Source: a virus (lineage: Duplodnaviria; Heunggongvirae; Uroviricota; Caudoviricetes). Taken from it: 19,027 nucleotides of DNA. The position numbers and the translations under genes were made by a program. Positions 8,623 through 15,300 of this stretch are shown here, piece after piece. The stretch is taken from IMG/VR virus record IMGVR_UViG_3300022871_000010. The stretch is one strand, 5' to 3'. Position 1 is the stretch's first letter. Every line of letters begins with the position of its first letter. The notes under the pieces were generated by a model, which had not been told where the DNA came from, made no database searches, and saw only the letters and a list, made by a program, of their open reading frames with translations.

Positions 8623-9077
8623 ATAAAGAACAATTACTTAACGAAATTGAAAAGAAAGCTGATGAGATTAAATATTTGAAGAAAGCTTTAATGAACAAAG
8701 ATGAAGAAACTATTTTGGTTCCTGATTGTATAAAAATAGAAAACAATTGTGGTGGTGGTGATGATTTAGGAATTGTTTTTCCTAATAACAAACAAACATT
8801 ATGCTATGAAGGAAATGAAGTTTTTGGAGTTCGTGTTTCATGCTTGAGAGATTTTGTTCAATGCAAATTAACCTCTTGTAAATACGAAGATATTAAAGAC
8901 GGAGAAACTTTTTATGCCACAAATTATTTAAAAAAATATTCTTCAGAGTTTGAAGACATCTATAATTATTACAAAAAATTAAAAGAAAAAAATAAAGCTG
9001 TTTGTGTAACTGGACAAAATGACGTATCTAATGAAAATATAAGTGGTTTTAACTATTTTTGGAAGTTGAAGAGGTAA
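8619..9077 (+). CDS. Paralog family ILVPDCIKIEN copy 2, C-terminus frameshifted by one missing A near 9063
   Basis: tggaagttgaagag here versus tggaaagttgaagag in copies 1 and 4. Confidence 0.85.
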   Translation: MNKEQLLNEIEKKADEIKYLKKALMNKDEETILVPDCIKIENNCGGGDDLGIVFPNNKQTLCYEGNEVFGVRVSCLRDFVQCKLTSCKYEDIKDGETFYATNYLKKYSSEFEDIYNYYKKLKEKNKAVCVTGQNDVSNENISGFNYFWKLKR

Positions 9078-9084
9078 AAGAAAA

Positions 9085-9426
9085 ATGAAAAGGATAGAAG
9101 AGCCCTACTGTGAATTATGTGATTCTAGAATGGAAGAACATTATAGCACTAACAGTTTATCAAAATATTATGTTTGTGAAAATAAAGAATGTAAATATAG
9201 TGGTGCATTAGGAGTATATGAACAAAATGTAAATTTCAAAGATAAGAAATGGTTTTCTGAAGAAGAAATAAGAAAAGCTATTGAAGAATTGTTTAAATAT
9301 AATAAAGAAAAGGGGACACAACTTGCGTTTATAGGAAAAAATGCTTTATATAAAAAATTGTTTGGTGATGAACGAGCTGAAATCTTTAAGTTTTTAGAGA
9401 ATTATACTAATGTAAAGGTGAACTAA
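9085..9426 (+). CDS. Zn-ribbon-containing hypothetical protein, 113 aa
   Basis: CELC...CENKEC. GAGG SD. Confidence 0.75.
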   Translation: MKRIEEPYCELCDSRMEEHYSTNSLSKYYVCENKECKYSGALGVYEQNVNFKDKKWFSEEEIRKAIEELFKYNKEKGTQLAFIGKNALYKKLFGDERAEIFKFLENYTNVKVN

Positions 9427-9427
9427 G

Positions 9428-9643
9428 ATGCATGAAATGTTATTTTATAGAAATTGTATATCAGCTTTGAAAATGAAGAAATCTATGGTTGCAAAAGTAT
9501 TAAGTAAAATGTATACAGAAGAGTGGTTTGAACATTTCAAAGATAATAAACATTGTGAATGGGGTCAAGTATGTTTAGCTTTAAAAGAAGCAGAAGAAAG
9601 ATTTCAGAAAATAAATGATAAAATGGAAGTGAAACTAAGATGA
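9428..9643 (+). CDS. Hypothetical protein, 71 aa
   Basis: AGGTGA SD and ATGA coupling. Confidence 0.7.
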   Translation: MHEMLFYRNCISALKMKKSMVAKVLSKMYTEEWFEHFKDNKHCEWGQVCLALKEAEERFQKINDKMEVKLR

Positions 9644-9825
9644 TAAAGAAATTTAAGTGGTTTTTATTAATTAAACTTATTGAAGAGTTAGGTATGAGTG
9701 AATTAGAATTTATTCAATCACATTGTTCATCCATTGCATATTTAATGAGCATAGAATGTATTGAGAACTTCAAAGAACTAAAGAAAATGAAAATTTATGC
9801 TGCATTCATTAAAGAAAATAGGTGA
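9640..9825 (+). CDS. Hypothetical protein, 61 aa
   Basis: ATGA coupling. The junction GTGAAACTAAGATG resembles 9418-9430. Confidence 0.65.
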   Translation: MIKKFKWFLLIKLIEELGMSELEFIQSHCSSIAYLMSIECIENFKELKKMKIYAAFIKENR

Positions 9826-9831
9826 AGAAGA

Positions 9832-9966
9832 ATGAAAAAGGAAAAAGAAATAGAAGAACAATTAAGAATATCTGAATCTTTATTAAAACAAAACTTAAAT
9901 AGTGTGACTTTTAATAGATTAAGTGCAGAAATTACTTTATTAAAATGGGTGTTGGGTGATGAATGA
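9832..9966 (+). CDS. Small hypothetical protein, 44 aa (MKKEKEIEEQLR...KWVLGDE)
   Basis: Translated by hand. AGGTGA SD. Ends GDE* inside the first GGTG(ATGA)3 element. Confidence 0.65.
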   Translation: MKKEKEIEEQLRISESLLKQNLNSVTFNRLSAEITLLKWVLGDE

Positions 9967-10206
9967 ATGAAAATCGATTTAAGAACAATTAAAAATAATG
10001 ACACTTATATCATAAACATAATTGGCGGATATTCTTGTTTTAAAGCAATATATCATTATAACTATGGAGTTTTTACAAGAGTTCTATATTCTGGAGATTT
10101 ATTAATATACCCAGAGTTTGAAAGTACATTAAGAGCTAAAAAATTCAAAGAAATTATGAAATACATTAATGATAATAATGTTGAATATAATTATATGAAA
10201 AGGTGA
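9967..10206 (+). CDS. Hypothetical protein, 79 aa, duplicated cassette copy A
   Basis: 6 nt differences from 12669-12908. Flanked by junction elements. Confidence 0.85.
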   Translation: MKIDLRTIKNNDTYIINIIGGYSCFKAIYHYNYGVFTRVLYSGDLLIYPEFESTLRAKKFKEIMKYINDNNVEYNYMKR

Positions 10207-10213
10207 TGAATGA

Positions 10214-10501
10214 ATGAGTAAAACAATAGGTGAACTAATCATAGAATCAACCGAAAAAATAGAAAGACTTACTGCATATGCGAAAAAACGTGGGTCTTAT
10301 TCAAAAGATATAGAACAAACAATAATAAATCAAGTGTATGCAGAAAAGGTGTTTTCTGAAGAAGAAATAATTAAGGCAAGACACCACGTTCAAGTTTTTA
10401 TAAATATTGATAGAGATTTACATAATAAAGTGACTATGGATGATGTTGATAAAGGGCTTGATGAATTTTTAAAAATACTAAAAATAGGTGAGCAAAAATG
10501 A
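10214..10501 (+). CDS. Hypothetical protein, 95 aa
   Basis: Starts at the third ATG of a junction element. Confidence 0.75.
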   Translation: MSKTIGELIIESTEKIERLTAYAKKRGSYSKDIEQTIINQVYAEKVFSEEEIIKARHHVQVFINIDRDLHNKVTMDDVDKGLDEFLKILKIGEQK

Positions 10502-10537
10502 GCAAAAATAAAACAACACAAAAACGAGGGATAAAAA

Positions 10538-10702
10538 ATGTATTACACAATAAAATTCAAGGATAAAATAAACAAAATAATTAGTGACAAAGCTTCATTA
10601 AATAAATTTTTAAGTGAATTTAAAGCAAACAGACCAGACATTTATAAACAACTGAATGTTAGCAAAATCACACAAAATTTTAAACAAGTTATAAAGCTAT
10701 AA
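10538..10702 (+). CDS. Small basic hypothetical protein, 54 aa (MYYTIKFKDK...VIKL)
   Basis: Translated by hand. GAGGG SD. Confidence 0.6.
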   Translation: MYYTIKFKDKINKIISDKASLNKFLSEFKANRPDIYKQLNVSKITQNFKQVIKL

Positions 10703-10730
10703 CTTTACTACTTTTAAATTAAAACACATC

Positions 10731-10738
10731 TTTATATA
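10731..10738 (+). promoter_or_regulatory. Candidate archaeal TATA box (TTTATATA)
   Basis: Lies in the 71-nt intergenic gap, about 23 nt upstream of the AGAGG SD of the ATPase gene, with the same geometry as 1892-1899. Confidence 0.5.
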
Positions 10739-10773
10739 GTTATTACATTTTACAATAGTTAGAGGTTGATAAA

Positions 10774-11571
10774 TTGAATACACTAAAGAAATATATTGAC
10801 ATGATGGTTAAAAAACATATCAATGCTTTACTTTGTCACTCAAAAGCAGGTTACGGAAAAACCTTCAATGTATTAAAGGAACTAAAAAGACACGATGTAG
10901 AATACACTTATATCAGTGGAGTAACGACTGCCGTTGAAGTGTTTAAATTACTTCATGCAAATAACGGAAAAATATTAATTTTAGATGACATCGAAACATT
11001 GTTTCAAAACGACAAAATAATTAACTTGCTTAAAAGCGCTCTATGGAACGCAGGAGACAATAGAATTGTTACCTATAAAACTACACATAAATCTTTAGAA
11101 GGATACCCAGATAGCTTTATTTACACTGGACAAGTAATTATTTTAGCTAATGAAATTAAAGGGCCTCAAGACAAATCATTTTATGCATTAATGAGTAGAT
11201 GTTTAGTTTATGAACTAACCTACACAACAAAAGAATTAACCAGCAAAAGTTTAAAAATTATTAAGAGTGACGAAAGATTATCAACACAAAATATTTGTCA
11301 AGTAACTAAATTAATAAAAAAATACAATAAAATAGGTTATGAATACAATTTTCGTATGCTACAACGAATGATAGAGTTCGTAAAGTATGATGTGAAAACC
11401 GCAGATGCACTCTACGAGAAAAGTGTTGAAAAAAATGACCTAGCATTGTCTGTAGAAAGAATACTTAAATATGTTCCTGCAGGCGAACAATACTTTGAGT
11501 TTCATGAAGAAACAGGTAAAAGTAAATCAACATTTTATAAAATAAAACAACAAATAATTAATGATAGGTGA
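10774..11571 (+). CDS. AAA+/P-loop ATPase with a possible C-terminal helix-turn-helix
   Basis: Walker A SKAGYGKT, Walker B ILILDD, sensor-like IILAN, Arg-finger-like ALMSRC, and tail TGKSKSTFYKIK. TTG start after AGAGG. Confidence 0.8.
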   Translation: MNTLKKYIDMMVKKHINALLCHSKAGYGKTFNVLKELKRHDVEYTYISGVTTAVEVFKLLHANNGKILILDDIETLFQNDKIINLLKSALWNAGDNRIVTYKTTHKSLEGYPDSFIYTGQVIILANEIKGPQDKSFYALMSRCLVYELTYTTKELTSKSLKIIKSDERLSTQNICQVTKLIKKYNKIGYEYNFRMLQRMIEFVKYDVKTADALYEKSVEKNDLALSVERILKYVPAGEQYFEFHEETGKSKSTFYKIKQQIINDR

Positions 11572-11580
11572 TGAATAAAA

Positions 11581-11883
11581 ATGAAAAAAATTAGTAAAGA
11601 TTCAATAAATTTAGAAAAATTAGGAACATTCGCTAAAAGCATCCATAGAAAAGACTACATTTTATTAATAACTAATGATGTAAAAAATGTAATCATAGTT
11701 GATAATAAGAATAAAATTTTCGGAGAAGATTATTTTAAATTATCAACCACTAAGAAAGGTAAATCATTTAATTATTGTTATTTGAACGAAAATGATTTAG
11801 TAATCTTTTTATATAGACAACGAAAATTAATGAACACAAAAACTTACAGAGCTAAAAAAGGAAAGTTGGAGCTAATAAAATGA
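11581..11883 (+). CDS. Hypothetical basic protein, 100 aa
   Basis: Follows the variant junction GGTGATGAATAAAAATG. Confidence 0.75.
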   Translation: MKKISKDSINLEKLGTFAKSIHRKDYILLITNDVKNVIIVDNKNKIFGEDYFKLSTTKKGKSFNYCYLNENDLVIFLYRQRKLMNTKTYRAKKGKLELIK

Positions 11884-12344
11884 ATAAGAAAGAAATATTA
11901 TTGAAAAAGATTGAAGAATTAAAGAAAGAAGTGGAAACTTTAGACAAAGATGAAGAAACTATTTTGGTTCCTGATTGCATAAAGATAGAAAACGTTTTTA
12001 ATAACAGTGGTGATGGTTTAGGAATTGTTTTTCCTAATAACCAACAAACATTATTATATGATGGAACGAACGAAGTTTTTAGAGTTCGTGTTTCATACTG
12101 GGTAGATTTTGTTCAATGCAAATTAACCCCTTGCAATTACAAAGATATTAAAGAAGGAGACACTTTTTATGTTGATATGTATTTGCGAAAACTATCTTCA
12201 GAGTTTGGAGACATAACAAGTTATTACAAAAAATTAAAAGAAAAAGATAAAGCTGTTTATGTTACTGATTCAAATGATACATCTAATGAAAATATAAGTG
12301 GTTTTAGCCATTTTTGGAAAGTTGAAAAGGTGATGAATGAATGA
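11880..12344 (+). CDS. Paralog family ILVPDCIKIEN copy 3
   Basis: High identity to the other copies. Ends KVMNE* inside a junction element. Confidence 0.85.
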   Translation: MNKKEILLKKIEELKKEVETLDKDEETILVPDCIKIENVFNNSGDGLGIVFPNNQQTLLYDGTNEVFRVRVSYWVDFVQCKLTPCNYKDIKEGDTFYVDMYLRKLSSEFGDITSYYKKLKEKDKAVYVTDSNDTSNENISGFSHFWKVEKVMNE

Positions 12345-12523
12345 ATAATTATAAACAAGCACTCAAAGAACATGAATAACTAATAAATAAGATAATGAAC
12401 TCAGAACACCCTGTAGATGTTAAACAAAGGTATGTTGAAACAGCAACAAAAGCATTTGTTAAAAGTATGGAATCGGCAAGTATATCGATGAATAAAATAT
12501 TTAAAGAAATAGGTGATGAATGA
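12341..12523 (+). pseudogene. Junction-to-junction cassette frame interrupted by an in-frame TAA at 12377-12379
   Basis: MNNYKQALKEHE*LINKIMNSEHP...KIFKEIGDE*. Confidence 0.5.
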
Positions 12524-12661
12524 ATGAGTAATAAAGATTTTAATGACACAACAATTCCTTATATTTATTTATCTAAAGAACTAAATATTTGTATGAAATG
12601 TGGTGAAGATAAAGACAAATTTTTTGGGTTGATAAAAACAAAATGTAAGTGTAATAGGTGA
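12524..12661 (+). CDS. Small Cys-containing protein, 45 aa (CMKC...CKC)
   Basis: Translated by hand. Runs exactly from one junction element to the next. Confidence 0.65.
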   Translation: MSNKDFNDTTIPYIYLSKELNICMKCGEDKDKFFGLIKTKCKCNR

Positions 12662-12668
12662 TGAATGA

Positions 12669-12908
12669 ATGAAAATCGATTTAAGAACAATTAAAAATAA
12701 TGACACTTATATCATAAACATAATTGGTGGATATTCTTGTTTTGAAGCAATATATCATTATAACTATGGAGTTTTTACAAGAGTTCTATATTCTGGAGAT
12801 TTATTAATATACCCAGAGTTTAAAAGTACCTTAAGAGCTAAAGAATTCAAAGAAATTATGAAATACATTAATGATGATAATGTTGAATATAATTATATGA
12901 AAAGGTGA
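12669..12908 (+). CDS. Hypothetical protein, 79 aa, duplicated cassette copy B
   Basis: 75/79 aa identical to 9967-10206. Confidence 0.85.
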   Translation: MKIDLRTIKNNDTYIINIIGGYSCFEAIYHYNYGVFTRVLYSGDLLIYPEFKSTLRAKEFKEIMKYINDDNVEYNYMKR

Positions 12909-12915
12909 TGAATGA

Positions 12916-13071
12916 ATGAAAATATATTTTACTCACAACTGGAAAAGATTAAAACTCAAAAGAGGAATAACATTTACTTTATTTGGGTTTGATTTTTATA
13001 GACATTATAGTTTAATAATTTGTTTTTGTAATTTTTATATAACAATAAATTTTGATAAAGGTGATGAATGA
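12916..13071 (+). CDS. Small aromatic-rich protein, 51 aa (MKIYFTHNWK...FDKGDE)
   Basis: Translated by hand. Runs junction to junction. Confidence 0.65.
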   Translation: MKIYFTHNWKRLKLKRGITFTLFGFDFYRHYSLIICFCNFYITINFDKGDE

Positions 13072-13275
13072 ATGAAAACTGAAATATTAGCACTAAAACA
13101 TAAAGAATGCGTTATAGTTCCAGAAAGTGATTATGGAAAGGTCGAGATATGGAGAATTAACGATATGTTTATTTTATTCGATATTCCTATGTATGGTGGT
13201 AAACCTATGTATTATCAATCTTTCAGATTAAATCAAATAGATTATATGATTAATATAATTAATGGGTGGACATAA
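13072..13275 (+). CDS. Hypothetical protein, 67 aa
   Basis: Starts at the third ATG of a junction element. Confidence 0.75.
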   Translation: MKTEILALKHKECVIVPESDYGKVEIWRINDMFILFDIPMYGGKPMYYQSFRLNQIDYMINIINGWT

Positions 13276-13423
13276 TGAAAACAACAAAACAAATAAAAAA
13301 TTTAAGACCTAGGAGCACTTATGAAGACGCAAAAGATTACATTAAGAAGCTGAATACGACTCTGATAAAAAAGACGACGAACACATAACACAAAAAGAAC
13401 TAAAAGAATTAATAAGGAGGTAA
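13275..13423 (+). pseudogene. Short chimeric or frameshifted ORF (MKTTKQIK...TYEDAKDYIKK / EYDSDKK...ELIRR*)
   Basis: The first frame stops at 13388. A frame change near 13349 reaches TAA 13421-13423, which overlaps the SD region of the next gene. Confidence 0.4.
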
Positions 13424-13425
13424 GA

Positions 13426-13596
13426 ATGATTGAACCTAATAATTGTTTTAAAATTGTAAATAATTGTTTTTATGGATATACATCTGATTGTATGGGATTG
13501 TTATCTTTTCATTTAAATTTTTTAGGTTTTATTATTTTAAACATTATTTTTATTTTATTAATAAATTATTTTATTTTTTGGAGGAAAACAAAATGA
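13426..13596 (+). CDS. Small single-TM protein, 56 aa
   Basis: Translated by hand (MIEPNNCF...FLGFIILNIIFILLINYFIFWRKTK). GGAGG SD and ATGA overlap. It explains the odd N-terminus of track ORF 13488. Confidence 0.65.
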   Translation: MIEPNNCFKIVNNCFYGYTSDCMGLLSFHLNFLGFIILNIIFILLINYFIFWRKTK

Positions 13597-14063
13597 AAAC
13601 AATACAGAAAGAAATATTATTGAAAAAGATTGAAGAATTAAAGAAAGAAGTGGAAACTTTAAACAAAGATGAAGAAACTATTTTGGTTCCTGATTGCATA
13701 AAGATAGAAAACAATTGTGGTGATGGTGATGGTTTAGGGATTGTTTTTCCTAATAACAAACAAACATTATGGTATAATGGAATGGACGAAGTTTTTGACG
13801 TCAGTGCTTCATACTCGGTAGATTTTGTTCAATGCAAATTAACTCCTTGCAAGTATGAAGATATTAAAGACGGAGACACTTTTTATACCAATTATGATTT
13901 ACGAAAACTATCTTCAGAGTTTGAAGGCATAAATTATTATTACAAAAAATTAAAAGAAAAAAATAAAGCTATTTGTGTTACTGAAGAAAATGATACATCT
14001 AATGATAGTAATATGCATAATTATAAATATTTTTGGAAAGTTGAAGAGATAAAAGAAAAATGA
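13593..14063 (+). CDS. Paralog family ILVPDCIKIEN copy 4, start moved from TTG 13488
   Basis: GGAGG SD before ATG 13593. The N-terminus matches copy 3. Confidence 0.85.
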   Translation: MKTIQKEILLKKIEELKKEVETLNKDEETILVPDCIKIENNCGDGDGLGIVFPNNKQTLWYNGMDEVFDVSASYSVDFVQCKLTPCKYEDIKDGDTFYTNYDLRKLSSEFEGINYYYKKLKEKNKAICVTEENDTSNDSNMHNYKYFWKVEEIKEK

Positions 14064-14206
14064 ATCCAGCAATAAGAGGATTAAGAAGTCAAGGTCATTC
14101 ATGGTGTTGCGGTGTATGTGGAAGAAAATTAACAAGAAGGTGTGATGCTGAAAGTTGTTGTCCGACAAAAGCATTGGAGAAAAAAGTAATGGTGATGAAT
14201 GAATGA
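14060..14206 (+). CDS. Small Cys-rich protein, 48 aa (WCCGVC...AESCC)
   Basis: Translated by hand. Same CxxC-x12-CC pattern as 3301-3492. Ends VMNE* in a junction element. Confidence 0.65.
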   Translation: MNPAIRGLRSQGHSWCCGVCGRKLTRRCDAESCCPTKALEKKVMVMNE

Positions 14207-14415
14207 AATGTGCTATGTGTGGAGAAAAATTAATACCAATAAGCAAGTCAGAATACGCTCATCCAATTAGTAAAGTAAAAAACTTTGAATGTGTAGATTA
14301 TAACGCATGCTTTCCTAGAGAATTTAGTAAAAACAAAATGGAAACTTTTTGTGGAATAATTGGCAACTTAGTAATAAGTATACCATTCATAATGTTTTTG
14401 ATATGGTTATTATAA
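14203..14415 (+). CDS. Zn-finger-like protein with a C-terminal TM segment, 70 aa
   Basis: MKCAMC...H...C and tail IIGNLVISIPFIMFLIWLL. Confidence 0.7.
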   Translation: MKCAMCGEKLIPISKSEYAHPISKVKNFECVDYNACFPREFSKNKMETFCGIIGNLVISIPFIMFLIWLL

Positions 14416-14433
14416 AATTAGGGTGATGAATGA

Positions 14434-14853
14434 ATGAAAGTGTTAAAACTAGAAATGAACAATAGAGAATTTCATAAATTATATAATTATCTAAATGATA
14501 ATCAAGAACCGTTTAAACAAATATGTCCATTAATAGAAAAAAAAACATTAGAGATAATACCTGGAATGGAAAAACTTCATGAAGAAAAGAAGAGGTTATG
14601 TCCTGCAGGTAAGTTAGTGTTGAATAGACCATTAAAAAATGTACAAGAGGTTTATGAAGCTGATTTATCAAAATTTACAACTAGGAGAGATAAGATAGAA
14701 TATGTTAATAACCCCAAAATAAAATATCCAGATGCAAAAGCTTATATTTTAAAACCACAAATAGTTATCTATACTGATATAAATAGTGAGTTGTCTTTTG
14801 AAGAAGTATTAAAAATTTGGGAAACTAGAGAGTTAAAGGTGATGAATGAATGA
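14434..14853 (+). CDS. Hypothetical protein, 139 aa
   Basis: Runs junction to junction and ends KVMNE*. Confidence 0.8.
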   Translation: MKVLKLEMNNREFHKLYNYLNDNQEPFKQICPLIEKKTLEIIPGMEKLHEEKKRLCPAGKLVLNRPLKNVQEVYEADLSKFTTRRDKIEYVNNPKIKYPDAKAYILKPQIVIYTDINSELSFEEVLKIWETRELKVMNE

Positions 14854-15143
14854 GAATATTATTTGAAGAAGAAAAAGATATTAAATGTGGTATGTACATT
14901 ATAAGAAATTCAAGTCCAATAAACAGTAATGACTACTCATTTGCAATGACAGTGTTATATAAAATTGGTTTTGATACGCACAACGATGATATTTGTAAAA
15001 TTTCATTAACTGATGGAATGGTTATGAGATACAAGCATAAAAAATTTTTAATGAAAGAACTTAATGAAGATAAGTTCGGTTACAGAATTTTAAATAAATT
15101 TGAAGTTGCTGAATTATTAATAAACGATTATAAAAATAGGTGA
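14850..15143 (+). CDS. Hypothetical protein, 97 aa
   Basis: Starts in a junction element and ends in the variant at 15139. Confidence 0.8.
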   Translation: MRILFEEEKDIKCGMYIIRNSSPINSNDYSFAMTVLYKIGFDTHNDDICKISLTDGMVMRYKHKKFLMKELNEDKFGYRILNKFEVAELLINDYKNR

Positions 15144-15177
15144 TGATGAAATATTTAAAGAAATAGGTGATGAATGA

Positions 15178-15285
15178 ATGAATAGAACATTAGATGATGA
15201 TAGACCTTGTTATTGTAGCTTTTGTGATAGAGTTACAAAAACAACAAAACAACATAGATGTGTAGTTTGCGGTAGTAATAAATAA
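15178..15285 (+). CDS. Mini Zn-ribbon protein, 35 aa (CSFC...CVVC)
   Basis: Translated by hand. Lies between two junction elements. Confidence 0.6.
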   Translation: MNRTLDDDRPCYCSFCDRVTKTTKQHRCVVCGSNK

Positions 15286-15300
15286 AAAGGTGATGAATGA

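Noticed and set aside
13488-13592. N-terminal extension of ORF 13488-14063
   Set aside because: It overlaps a better ORF (13426-13596) in another frame. Paralog alignment and the SD place the start at 13593.
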